64,000 nt of DNA from an uncultured delta proteobacterium (GTDB taxonomy: Bacteria; Desulfobacterota; Binatia; UBA9968), in NCBI GenBank assembly GCA_963728565.1, contig CAVSLC010000025.1:32001-96000 (forward strand). The letters are read 5' to 3'. Shown here one piece after another: positions 50,401 through 60,496 of this stretch (position 1 is its first letter; each line of letters begins with the position of its first letter). Made by a program: the position numbers and the translations under genes. Below the pieces are notes generated by a model. That model was given only the letters and a program-made list of their open reading frames with translations. It searched no databases and had not been told where the DNA came from.

Positions 50401-51510
50401 ATGGCGACGGTCAAAGTAAATAATCTACGAAAATCCTTCGGTAACGTTTGTGCCGTGGCGGGCATAAGCTTCGAAGTTGAGCAGGGCGAGTTCGTTACAC
50501 TTCTGGGAGGAAGTGGATGCGGCAAGACGACCACGTTGCGGTTAATCGCGGGGCTGGAGGAGAACGATGAAGGAGAGATTGTTTTAGCTGACCAAATCGT
50601 AAGTAACCCCGCCGCGGGCAAATTTGTGCCACCGGAAAAACGCAAACTCGGGATGGTTTTCCAGTCCTACGCTATCTGGCCTCACATGTCGGTTTTTGAA
50701 AACATTGCATTTCCCTTAAAGGTTCGTCGGCTTCCCTCGGATCAAATCCGCAAACAAGTTGAAGAAGTTCTCACGATGGTCGGCTTACCGGAGCTTGGGC
50801 TTAGAATGGCCAGCCGGCTAAGCGGCGGCCAGCCGGAGCGAGTGGCATTGCGCATGTCGTTGGCGTGCAATCCTTCGATTCTTCTCATGGATGAGCCCCT
50901 TAGTAATCTTGACGCCAAGCTCCGGGAACGAATGCGATTTGAACTTCGGGAAATGCAAACTCGCTTCGGTATCGCGACGCTTTACGTGACTCACGATCAA
51001 GCCGAGGCTATGGTGCTTTCGGATCGAATCATCGTCATGAACGAAGGACGCATCGAACAGGTCGGTACACCGTGGGACATATACGAACATCCGCAGTCGG
51101 AATTTGTCAGCGATTTTATCGGCGTGGCCAATTTACTGGAGGCGGTCGTGGAAGAGTCGCAGGCTGAGGGTTGTCGACTGAAAGCGCTGGGGAACGGTCG
51201 GACAATCACCATCGACCGACGGGTCGCCAATGCGACACAGGCATTGCTGCTGATTCGGCCTGAAAATGTTCAGCTGGGAACACTTCAAGAATTGCCTGCG
51301 GAAAATACCTGGCCGGCGAAGGTGGATTTGGCTGCCTATTTCGGTGACCACCGAGAATATGTTCTCCGCGATGGTGATTTGACAATCCGGGTCAAGACGG
51401 GGCCGAAGTTCGTTTTTCAGAGAGGAGATTCGATCTGCGCCCATTTCTCGCCGGAGAATATTGTGCTCGTGCCAAAACAAGGAAATCCACGGGCGAACGC
51501 GCAAATGTAA
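50401..51510 (+). CDS. ABC transporter ATP-binding protein
   Basis: GSGCGKTT, LSGGQ, MDEPLSNLD, VTHDQ. Confidence 0.93.
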   Translation: MATVKVNNLRKSFGNVCAVAGISFEVEQGEFVTLLGGSGCGKTTTLRLIAGLEENDEGEIVLADQIVSNPAAGKFVPPEKRKLGMVFQSYAIWPHMSVFENIAFPLKVRRLPSDQIRKQVEEVLTMVGLPELGLRMASRLSGGQPERVALRMSLACNPSILLMDEPLSNLDAKLRERMRFELREMQTRFGIATLYVTHDQAEAMVLSDRIIVMNEGRIEQVGTPWDIYEHPQSEFVSDFIGVANLLEAVVEESQAEGCRLKALGNGRTITIDRRVANATQALLLIRPENVQLGTLQELPAENTWPAKVDLAAYFGDHREYVLRDGDLTIRVKTGPKFVFQRGDSICAHFSPENIVLVPKQGNPRANAQM

Positions 51511-51575
51511 AATTTGGATTAGCTTAGCTAACGAAATCAAAGGAAATTCTCAACTAACTTGATACAGGAGGAAGG

Positions 51576-52037
51576 ATGGAAATTGAAAAAAAGCTAAAAG
51601 AACTTGGTTTTGAGGTGCCGACACCACCCACGCCGGTGGCAAACTATATCGCGAGTGTACAGGTCGGCAATATCCTGTTTGTGGGCGGCAATACGGGCAC
51701 CGTCAACGGAAAAAGGAAGTACACGGGTAAAGTCGGCGATGCCGTTACAGTCGAGCAGGCCTACGAGATGGCGCAATTCTGCGCCCTCAATCACCTGGCG
51801 TTTATCAAGGTCGCACTGGGCGATCTTGATCGCGTCGAGCGTATTGTTAAGGTCACCGGCTACGTAAACGTTGCTCCCGGATTCAAGGACATGCCTAAAG
51901 TCATCAACGGCGAGTCCGATCTATACGTTAAGCTGTGGGGTGAGCGCGGCCGGCATGCTCGAGCAGCCATCGGCGTGGCGTCTCTTGGCGGCGATGCTCC
52001 GGTGGAAACTGAGATGATCGTCCAAGTAAAAGATTAG
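51576..52037 (+). CDS. RidA family protein
   Basis: PVANY, GRHARAAIG, APVETE. Confidence 0.9.
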   Translation: MEIEKKLKELGFEVPTPPTPVANYIASVQVGNILFVGGNTGTVNGKRKYTGKVGDAVTVEQAYEMAQFCALNHLAFIKVALGDLDRVERIVKVTGYVNVAPGFKDMPKVINGESDLYVKLWGERGRHARAAIGVASLGGDAPVETEMIVQVKD

Positions 52038-52113
52038 GCACGGCAAGACGCAAAAATGCCTTGATGAGGCGACGCTTTTCCCGCGGCATGTTCACGCGTT
52101 GGTTTCCGGAAAC

Positions 52114-53970
52114 TCAACTGACATCCAGCGGCAAGCGGTTTTCTCGGCAATAGCTCGCTATGTGATCCAGGAACCGTTGTCCGAGATCGGCCAGCTTGCG
52201 TTCGCCGACTCCTCGAATACTCAGCAACGCAGCGGCTGAGCGAGGTTTTGCGCGCGCCATGTCGCGCAGCGTCGCGTCGCTAAAGAGCAGATATGCCGGA
52301 ACGCCGCGCTCGGCGGCGAGTTCACGGCGCAAGCTCCGCAAGCTTTCGAACAGATCGCCGTCGACATTACTCCATGATTCTTCTTCAAAGCGGCTCCTAC
52401 GAACCTTGGTTTTTGGCTGCAGCAGTTGAACCGTACGCTGGCTGCGTAGCACCAGCCACGACGCGTCATTGAGTTTGAGAACCGGCCGATCATCGCCAGT
52501 TCGTTCGAGCAGGCCCTCATCGAGAAGCTGATAAATCATGTTGGTGACTGACTTGCGGTCAGTCCCCTTCATCAAAGAGTAGGTGGTGAGTTTGTCATGA
52601 CCCCAGCGTCGCACCCGTTCGGTCTGCGCGCCCAGGAGCACGTCGACAATGTGTTCGGCGCCGAATTGTTGTCCTGCTCGAGCTACGCAGGACAAAATCT
52701 TCTGTGCCGTAAGCGTCGCATCGGTTAAACCTTGGACCTCGCCGAAGCAGACGTCACAGGCGCCGCATTGGGATTTGGAATAATCTTGGCCGAAGTATTC
52801 GGATAATTCTCGGTGCCGGCAATGAACACCCGTGCATAACCGGCGCATCTGTGCCAGGAGTTCGCGCGCTGCGGCGATGCTCTCTGGCGCCGGGTTGGAT
52901 TCGGTAGCGCTCTTTTGGATCAGCGATTCCCAGCGGAGCGCGTCGGCCGCCGAGTATAGGAGAACGCATTCCGCTTCCAAGCCGTCGCGCCCGGCGCGGC
53001 CGGTCTCCTGCTGATAGTGCTCGATGGATTTCGGCATGGCGGCGTGAATGACGCAGCGGACATCGCTACGATCGATCCCCATCCCGAAGGCGACCGTCGC
53101 CGCGACCACGTCCAACGTTTCTGAGGAAAACGCCTCCTGGGTATGGCGCCGAGCATCTGCGTCCATACCGGCATGGTAACAAGCCGCGCGCAAGCCGGCG
53201 GCCTTGAGCGCCTCGGCCATGATTTCGGTATCGTTCCTGCTCAGGCAGTAGACGATGGCCGCCTGCCCGGGATGACGCCGCAGCACTTCCAGCACCTGAG
53301 CCCGTGCATCGATGCGTGGAATGATCCGGTAGAGGAGGTTGGGACGATCGAAAGTGCCGACCAGCACCACTGGCTTGCTGAGACGAAGCTGCTCGATAAT
53401 GTCGGCGCGCACGCGCTGCGTGGCGGTCGCGGTGTATGCGTGAATGCTTGCCTGCGGAAAACGTGTCTTGATCTCAGCCAGCTGGCGATATTCCGGCCGG
53501 AAGTCGTGACCCCATTGGCTGATGCAGTGCGCTTCATCGATGGCGAAGGCGCGAACTTTGAGCGGCGCGATGAGTTGGAGAAATCGCGCCGTCAGTAGCC
53601 GTTCAGGCGCGACAAACACCAGCCGGTAGCGCCCGGCGGCGACCTGCTCTTCGGTTTCCTGGACTGCGTGCAGAGGCATGCCGCTGTAGAGTGCCGCCGC
53701 CGCATAGCCGCACTCCCTCAGGCCATCGACCTGATCCTTCATCAAGGAGATAAGCGGCGAGACCACAATATCGGTGCGTTGGGCAAGCTCAGCCGGAACT
53801 TGATAGCACAACGACTTGCCGCCCCCTGTCGGCATGACGACCAGCGAATCGCGGCCATCAAGACCGGCCCGCATCGCTTCCTCCTGCAACGGTCGTAGCT
53901 CGGAGTATCCCCAATAGCGGCGAATCGTGGCGAGGACGTCAACTGTTGACCAGTTTCTGGACCGATTCAT
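52114..53970 (-). CDS. recQ: DNA helicase RecQ
   Basis: TGGGKS, DEAH, QWGHDFRPEY, RQC and HRDC domains. Confidence 0.96.
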   Translation of the reverse strand: MNRSRNWSTVDVLATIRRYWGYSELRPLQEEAMRAGLDGRDSLVVMPTGGGKSLCYQVPAELAQRTDIVVSPLISLMKDQVDGLRECGYAAAALYSGMPLHAVQETEEQVAAGRYRLVFVAPERLLTARFLQLIAPLKVRAFAIDEAHCISQWGHDFRPEYRQLAEIKTRFPQASIHAYTATATQRVRADIIEQLRLSKPVVLVGTFDRPNLLYRIIPRIDARAQVLEVLRRHPGQAAIVYCLSRNDTEIMAEALKAAGLRAACYHAGMDADARRHTQEAFSSETLDVVAATVAFGMGIDRSDVRCVIHAAMPKSIEHYQQETGRAGRDGLEAECVLLYSAADALRWESLIQKSATESNPAPESIAAARELLAQMRRLCTGVHCRHRELSEYFGQDYSKSQCGACDVCFGEVQGLTDATLTAQKILSCVARAGQQFGAEHIVDVLLGAQTERVRRWGHDKLTTYSLMKGTDRKSVTNMIYQLLDEGLLERTGDDRPVLKLNDASWLVLRSQRTVQLLQPKTKVRRSRFEEESWSNVDGDLFESLRSLRRELAAERGVPAYLLFSDATLRDMARAKPRSAAALLSIRGVGERKLADLGQRFLDHIASYCRENRLPLDVS

Positions 53971-54370
53971 GTTCTTTCGCGACGCTAGAGACCAATCAAC
54001 GAGATGCTAAAAAATTATCAGAAATCACTAAAGCAATCCGGCAGCATGGGGATGGCTTGTTAGAGCGAAATGAAAGATCGCCGCTGATGATTTCTCAGAT
54101 GCTGTTACGACTTGTCATAAGACTAGCCGGATTATTCACGGTGACGGCGATCCAAGGGCGAGCCCTCCGGAATGAAGACAAATGGGCTCTGTGCCTTGGG
54201 GCGGCCTGCATGGCCAAGTTGTGGAGCGGACGCCTGGAAAAAGTGCGAGCAGAGGATCAAGCACCAAAGACTTCATTGAAGCTGTTCGTCTAGATGTCTT
54301 CACTCCTCCAGGCTCACCTTCGATCGGACACAGTGCCGTAGTTTTTCCTCTGAGCATGAATAGTCCGGGC

Positions 54371-54495
54371 TAGCAGGCCGCTCAAAAAGATCCTCACAGG
54401 CGAGGCGGATGCTCGTGTCCGTGAAACGTGATCGAGAATTCCGGACGAACACGAACACGTATCACGCGATCACGGATTCGAGTGAGCGCCTGCTA
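54371..54495. mobile_element. MITE-like element with terminal inverted repeats
   Basis: TAGCAGGCCGCTCA ... TGAGCGCCTGCTA; internal CGTG/CACG repeats. Confidence 0.5.
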
Positions 54496-55206
54496 AATCC
54501 CTTCGCCCATGCCTCTCTGCGTGCCTTGAATCGGCGTGCGGTTCCATTCGAGAGCGCCTTCGATTTTTCGCGGCAACGGTGGTTTGCGCGAGGTCATGAA
54601 CTGCACGAACTCTTCCTTGCTGGGAAATAGCATGCGCGTGTTTTTTTGCTTTTCATCGCCCAGCGTTGAAACCGCTTCGCGATAATCATGGCCGGGATAA
54701 ACCCGAATCTCATCGCCAAGAGCGCGAAGTTTGCGCAAGCTCTCATATTGTTGTTCGGCGCTGCCGCCGGGTAAGTCGGTTCTGCCGCAGCCGCCGATGA
54801 GGAGCGTATCACCGGTAAAAATACGGTCGCGGCATAAAAGGCACATGGCGTCTTGAGTGTGTCCGGGAGTGTATATCACTTTGATCGACTGGCTGCCGAA
54901 AGAAATGACGTCTCCATCTTTGACCGCCACGTCGATGTAGGGCGCATCGGTGGCTTCATGCATGATCACCTTGATGCCATGCTTCTCGCGCAGCACCTTG
55001 CACGCAGAGTTATGATCGGCATGGGTATGGGTATCGATCGCGTAAAGCAGTTCCGAGGAAAAAAATTTAGCCAACTCGATGTACTCGTCGGTCTTGTCGA
55101 GCTCCGGATCGATGACGACGCATTTTCTTTTCTCAGGACAGCACAGGAGATAGGATAGGCACCCGCTCGACCGGATCTGCTCGAAAATGATATTACCTGC
55201 GCTCAT
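54493..55206 (-). CDS. MBL-fold persulfide dioxygenase (ETHE1-like)
   Basis: THTHADH, TPGHT, FTGDTLLIGGCGRTD, YPGHDY. Confidence 0.82.
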   Translation of the reverse strand: MSAGNIIFEQIRSSGCLSYLLCCPEKRKCVVIDPELDKTDEYIELAKFFSSELLYAIDTHTHADHNSACKVLREKHGIKVIMHEATDAPYIDVAVKDGDVISFGSQSIKVIYTPGHTQDAMCLLCRDRIFTGDTLLIGGCGRTDLPGGSAEQQYESLRKLRALGDEIRVYPGHDYREAVSTLGDEKQKNTRMLFPSKEEFVQFMTSRKPPLPRKIEGALEWNRTPIQGTQRGMGEGI

Positions 55207-55216
55207 GGTCGGCCGG

Positions 55217-55780
55217 TCAGTTAGCAGGAACAGGAATGATGGTTTCTTTTTCCATGTTGTATCGGCTGCGGTGGATCTTATCGAGATCATAGCTTAGAAA
55301 ACGAAAGACCACGCCAGGTCCTTCGACCGCATGGGTCGAATGAATTTCGCCGGGCAGATAGGGTTTGACTGTGCCGGGGGATAGCCGATGGAGTTCATCT
55401 TTTTCAAGAATTGCTCTGCCTGGTTGTGAACCGTCGTCGGTGCGTTTGTATTTAGTGATTTCAGTGAGACCGCTGAAGGCCCCGTAAACAACCCAGCATG
55501 GGCCATGGTCGTGCGGCGTATTACCATGTCCGGGTTGGTGCACGTGGCCCATTTGGATGAATCCGTGCTCGGTGTCTCGATAGAGCTCGCGCGAGGGCTT
55601 GCCCTCTCGAATGATCTGCGCCATCCAGGGATCCTCGGCGCTGGTGCTGGCAAACAACTTTTCCATCAACGCCGCTATCTTGTGGGGCAGCTGGGGGTCT
55701 TTGCCGTCGCCCCAAACGGCGCGAACTTCGGCGATGTATCTGTCAAACGAGCTCTCCGCTTTTTGTTCTTGTACCGCCAT
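55217..55780 (-). CDS. Cupin, cysteine dioxygenase-like
   Basis: PHDHG...GEIH three-His pattern; AGGAGG RBS. Confidence 0.72.
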   Translation of the reverse strand: MAVQEQKAESSFDRYIAEVRAVWGDGKDPQLPHKIAALMEKLFASTSAEDPWMAQIIREGKPSRELYRDTEHGFIQMGHVHQPGHGNTPHDHGPCWVVYGAFSGLTEITKYKRTDDGSQPGRAILEKDELHRLSPGTVKPYLPGEIHSTHAVEGPGVVFRFLSYDLDKIHRSRYNMEKETIIPVPAN

Positions 55781-56005
55781 TGGGCACCTCCTTTGAATTT
55801 CATCTTTACCATGTTCCGTAAGGAATCGTCTAGCACCTCAGGGACACGGTTGAAGCTCAACGCGCGGGGTCTGAAGATTGGTATTGCATCGAAAGCCGAA
55901 GGTCATGCCTGAATGGTGAAGCAGTGGGGCGATAAGATTGCATTCGTCAGTTTAACCTCTGCGCCGATTCAGTTGACAACATGATGGACGGATAGGAGGT
56001 ACCTT

Positions 56006-56261
56006 ATGGCAGAACTCACCACGGTGCAGGTTCGCGCCCAGCTTTCAGAAGTTATCAGTCGTGCTGCTTTTGCCAAAGAAAGGCTTTTTCTCACGCGCCG
56101 GGGTAAGCGGATTGCTGCCATCGTCCCGATCGATGACATCGATTTACTTGAAGCGGCTCGAGGACAAGGTCGATATTGCAGAGGCGCGGGCTTCTCTGGC
56201 GGAAGCAAAGAAGAAAGGAAGGGTATTGTGGGAGAAACTCAAAAAGGAGTTACGATTGTAG
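56006..56261 (+). pseudogene. Phd/YefM antitoxin (frameshift near 56155)
   Basis: RAQLSEVI...LTRRGKRIAAIVP; second frame LEDKVDI...WEKLKKEL. Confidence 0.75.
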
Positions 56262-56368
56262 GATTCAGATCTGAATAACCTGCGTGGAGGGTCCACGTCG
56301 TCGCAGCTGGAGGGGATGTGGAGTTTAAAAAGAGTGGCAAAGGACTTGGGGAGAAAGGGACATGTTCG

Positions 56369-56637
56369 ATGGCATCCGAAAAAAAAGTATCGCAGAATTC
56401 GCGCCCGCGGCGACTCGCCAGTTGAAAAATCTTCCGAGAGACGTACAAGTTCGCCTCACTAGGAAAAATCGATAAACTAGCTGAAAGGCCACGGCCTGAG
56501 GGTGTGAAAAAGCTCGAAGCTGAAGCTAGTCTGTATCGGATTCGGTCGGCGACTACCGCATCGTCTACTCGATTCGAGACAAATTGCTTTTGGTCTCGGT
56601 CCTAACTTTAGGCAAGGGGACTGACGTTTACCGATGA
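56369..56637 (+). pseudogene. RelE/ParE toxin with several frameshifts
   Basis: Fragments ATRQLKNLP, PRPEGVKKL, YRIR.GDYRIVY, DVYR*. Confidence 0.75.
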
Positions 56638-56851
56638 GCGGGAAAATCCGGTTCATGTGTCAACCGGACTTCAGTTTCTGCCTCAAACTTCAACAACTAT
56701 CCGCGAACATCATTGCGGCTCACGGTCTCGCCCGCTGCGGGCTCATGGCCGAGGCTTGATTGGCGCGCTTTTTACCAAATAAGATCGGGTTGAATCGACG
56801 GGCCTGATTGACAGCCCAAGGTTGGCTCTGGTACCAGTTTAAAAGCTGCTA

Positions 56852-57331
56852 ATGTCGATCGAACCACAAGAGCTGCGGCGAGTCATGGGCCATTTTGCCA
56901 CTGGCGTTACCGTGATTACGACCCAGGACAAAGACGGAAATCCAAACGGACTCACAGCCAACGCTTTCATGTCCCTATCATTGAATCCGCCGCTGGTCTT
57001 GATCAGCGTTGACAAAGGCGCGCAGTGCTATGCGTGCTTCAATTTGCAAAACGGTTTCACGGTCAACTTTCTCAGTGAACATCAGGAAGATGTGTCGCGT
57101 CGTTTTGCGACCAAGGGCATTGATAAGTTTGCCGGCCTGCAGTGGCATCCAGGCCAGAACGGGGCAGCGATTCTCGATGCGGCGCTCGGCTATGTCGAGT
57201 GCAAAATTACTCAGTGCTACGACGGCGGCGATCATACCATCGTCGTCGGCGAAATCGTCAACGCCAATGCCACGGACGGACGGCCACTGCTTTTTTTCAA
57301 AGGAAAGTACCAGCGCCTGCCTGATTCTTAG
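56852..57331 (+). CDS. Flavin reductase family protein
   Basis: FATGVTVIT, SLSLNPPL, GGDHTI. Confidence 0.93.
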   Translation: MSIEPQELRRVMGHFATGVTVITTQDKDGNPNGLTANAFMSLSLNPPLVLISVDKGAQCYACFNLQNGFTVNFLSEHQEDVSRRFATKGIDKFAGLQWHPGQNGAAILDAALGYVECKITQCYDGGDHTIVVGEIVNANATDGRPLLFFKGKYQRLPDS

Positions 57332-57614
57332 CTTCAGCTCCGGCGATTCCTCGGCGTTGGAAGGCTCTCTACCCGAGCAATCATGCTCGGCGCGATACTG
57401 CAGAAGATTGATGATTAGTCTGAGCGCTCGATCGGCCTTGATCAGCTGCATCCAAAACTTCGTCAGCATCGATTGCAAAGGAGTTATCTCCACCGATCGG
57501 AGTGCTCATCGAAATAACCGCTCTGCTATCGCTGGACAACCGAACACATTCAAGCCTAGAAATGACTCGTATCAAGCAGCCGTTGTTCTCAAGAACAGTT
57601 CTTGGAGGTAAGAG

Positions 57615-59837
57615 ATGACCCAGGTAGTGGGGCGACCAACGCCGCGCATCGAGGGTGAGTTAAAGGTTACCGGGAGGGCGCTTTACAGCGCCGACGTCAA
57701 GCTGCCGGAGATTCTTTGGGGCAAGGTTTTGCGAAGCCCGATTTCGTCCGGTCGCATTACCAAGATCCACACCGAAAAGGCGCGCCAGGTGCCGGGCGTC
57801 AAAGCGGTGATTACCGGAGAGGATGTAACTGGATTAAGAATCGGCAGGTGCATCTATGATAACCCGGTGCTCGCGGACGGATTGGTGCGCTTCATCGGCG
57901 AAAAAGTTGCGGCGGTCGCCGCTGAAACCAGACTCGCGGCGGAGCAGGCGCTCGAATTGATCGAAGTTGAATACGATGAAATGGAACCGTTGCTCGATCC
58001 GCTCGCGGCAATAGAAGATGATGCGCCGATTCTTCATCCCGACCTGCTTTCCTATAAAGGCCTTCCTGTACCGGTGGAAAAGGTCAGCAACGTGTTTGCT
58101 TACCTAAAATGGGGCAAGGGCGATATCGAAGCCGGTTTCAGACAGGCGGACGTCATCGTCGAAAACACCTTCACAACCCAAGTCACGCACCAATCCTATC
58201 TCGAGCCCCATGCCTGCGTGGTCAGTGCCGATCCAAGTGGCGGCGCGAAGATTTGGTCGTGCAGCAAGACACCGTTTGCGGTTCGCAACCAGCTGTCCAA
58301 TTGTACCGGTATCGATAAGGAAAAGCTGGTGTTCTATCCGATGCATATCGGCGGGGACTTTGGCGGCAAGGGCGGGTTCATGGATGTACCGGTTGCCTAT
58401 TTTCTTTCGCTCAAGAGCGGTCAACCGGTGAAGATGGTGATGGACTACGGCGAAGAACTCACAGCCGGTAATCCGCGTCATGCCGCGATCATCAGGGCCA
58501 AAACCGGCGTTAAAAAAGATGGCGCCATCGTCGCTCATCATCTTGATTTCATATTCGACAGCGGCGCTTACGGATCGATGAAGCCGGCAGGGTATTTAAT
58601 CGGCGCATCGACCTGCGCCGGTCCCTACAAGATCGCCAACTGTTTGATCGAAGAACGGATGGTTTACACCAATAAAATCCCCTGTGGGCACATGCGCGCC
58701 CCCGGCGACCCTCAGGGATTTTTCGCCAACGAAAGCCAGATGGATGAGGTCGCGCGCAAGCTCGGCATGGATCCGGCCGAGTTCAAGCGCAAAAATTTGA
58801 TGCACGATGGCGATGAAACTCCGATCGGCGGCCACGTGTCACATATCAGAGGTGTGGAAGCATTGGAGAGGGCCATCGAAATGTCCGGTTACAACAGGCC
58901 GCGGCCAAAGCATGTCGGCCGCGGCCTGGCTTTTTCGGAGTGGAGCCCGAGCGGCGGCGAAGGCAGCGTCTTCGTCAAAATCGAAGAGGACGGCAAGGTG
59001 AAAGTCTCGTCGCCGGTGGTGGATCAGGGCGCCGGAGTTCTGACGGTTATCGTCGAATGCGTCGGCCAGGAACTCGGTGTGCCGGCCGGCGAAATCGAGC
59101 TCGCACAGCTCGACAGCACGACCGTGCCGAGCGATGGCGGTGTCGGCGGCAGCCGCGCCACCAGGGTCTACGGCAACGCATCCTACGAAGCAGGGGTGAA
59201 GGCGCGAGGAGAGGTAACCGCCGCCGCGGCGGCAAACCTGATGGTTCCGGCTGAAGAGCTCGAGCTTGCCGATGCCCAGGTGATTCACCGTAAATCGAAA
59301 CGACGGATGAGTTTTGCCGAGGTGATTAAAGCTAAGGGCTCGCCGATCACGGTCAAAGGCTATTACAAGAGTTCAGAAAAATCGCATGACGCGTCGGTCT
59401 CGGCGCAAATCGCGGAAGTGCAAGTCGATCCGGAAACAGGGCAGGTGATCCTCAAGCAGATGGTATCGGCGCATACCACCGGCAAGGTGATCAACCCGTT
59501 GATGCATCAGGGGCAGATCGATGGCGGGGTTGTGTTCGGTTTGGGTTATGCGTTGCAGGAAGAGATTCTTTTCGACAACGGCAAAGTCGTGACCACCAAT
59601 TTCGGCGAATTCAAGATTCCCAATATCATGGACATCCCGCCGTTAAAAACTTCGGTTATCGAAAATGTGCCGAATGGGCCGGGCCCGTACAACAGCCTGG
59701 CGATTGGCGAGGTGGCAAATACGCCGACGGCCGCCGCAGTGGCCAACGCGGTTGCCGATGCATGCGGGGTGAGAATTACCGATCTGCCTATAACTGCGGA
59801 GAAAGTGTACGACGCGCTCAAGATAACGAAAGAATAG
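57615..59837 (+). CDS. Xanthine dehydrogenase-family molybdopterin-binding subunit
   Basis: KVTGRALY, GGDFGGK, MRAPG, GQIDGG. Confidence 0.92.
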   Translation: MTQVVGRPTPRIEGELKVTGRALYSADVKLPEILWGKVLRSPISSGRITKIHTEKARQVPGVKAVITGEDVTGLRIGRCIYDNPVLADGLVRFIGEKVAAVAAETRLAAEQALELIEVEYDEMEPLLDPLAAIEDDAPILHPDLLSYKGLPVPVEKVSNVFAYLKWGKGDIEAGFRQADVIVENTFTTQVTHQSYLEPHACVVSADPSGGAKIWSCSKTPFAVRNQLSNCTGIDKEKLVFYPMHIGGDFGGKGGFMDVPVAYFLSLKSGQPVKMVMDYGEELTAGNPRHAAIIRAKTGVKKDGAIVAHHLDFIFDSGAYGSMKPAGYLIGASTCAGPYKIANCLIEERMVYTNKIPCGHMRAPGDPQGFFANESQMDEVARKLGMDPAEFKRKNLMHDGDETPIGGHVSHIRGVEALERAIEMSGYNRPRPKHVGRGLAFSEWSPSGGEGSVFVKIEEDGKVKVSSPVVDQGAGVLTVIVECVGQELGVPAGEIELAQLDSTTVPSDGGVGGSRATRVYGNASYEAGVKARGEVTAAAAANLMVPAEELELADAQVIHRKSKRRMSFAEVIKAKGSPITVKGYYKSSEKSHDASVSAQIAEVQVDPETGQVILKQMVSAHTTGKVINPLMHQGQIDGGVVFGLGYALQEEILFDNGKVVTTNFGEFKIPNIMDIPPLKTSVIENVPNGPGPYNSLAIGEVANTPTAAAVANAVADACGVRITDLPITAEKVYDALKITKE

Positions 59838-60010
59838 GGGACAAGCAGCGATAAGGCGACTGTGCCGCTCTTCGTTTCGCGCGAGGTGCCGAGTCTGAGA
59901 AGCGGTTCTCGGCGATAGGCCGGCGATTTTAACCGCCTGGGTTGCGCCATCTGAGAGCTGCCGTTTCTCATATTGTGATCGTCGGTGCGGTGAGGTAATG
60001 CTAATTTTCT

Positions 60011-60423
60011 ATGCAGGAGGCGGCGATGATAAAGACGACGGGTGTCTACCATATCGGAATTCCGTGTAACGACGTAGATCGGGCGGTTAAGTTTTATACC
60101 GAGATCCTCGGCATGAGCATAGCAAAACTTAATCGCGACGACATGGGCAAAGGGCTCTCGCGCGCAGATCTTCGCTCCGGCGATAGCATGGTGGTGTTAT
60201 TTCAGCGGCCGAAACCACTGGATGGTGAGTTCATCGAAAGGGAAGGGGCGACCCACCAGGCGTTTACCGTAAGCCGCGATGATTTCGAATTGGCCAAGCA
60301 GAACATGAAGATTGGGGCGTCCGGATTCACACCACCCCGGCCGTCGACCGTCCGAGCGGCAGCGGGTTTTATTTCTTTGACAGCGAAGGGAATCTGCTGC
60401 AGCTCTACGCGCCGCCGAAATAG
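60011..60423 (+). CDS. VOC/glyoxalase family protein, frameshift near 60308
   Basis: HIGIPCND...FYTEILG; second frame YFFDSEGNLLQLY. Confidence 0.82.
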
Positions 60424-60496
60424 CTAATTCAAGCAAAAACCTGGCGACAGCTGCCGGAATGCGGTGAGCTCTGTGAGATCGAAGCACCTGGCCTGT

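Noticed and set aside
57615-59837. Aerobic CO dehydrogenase CoxL
   Set aside because: Active-site loop is GHMRAPG, not AYXCSFR or AYRGAGR; no coxM or coxS adjacent
59895-59970. Long hairpin between the XDH-family and VOC genes as a riboswitch
   Set aside because: No known aptamer motif and no second copy seen
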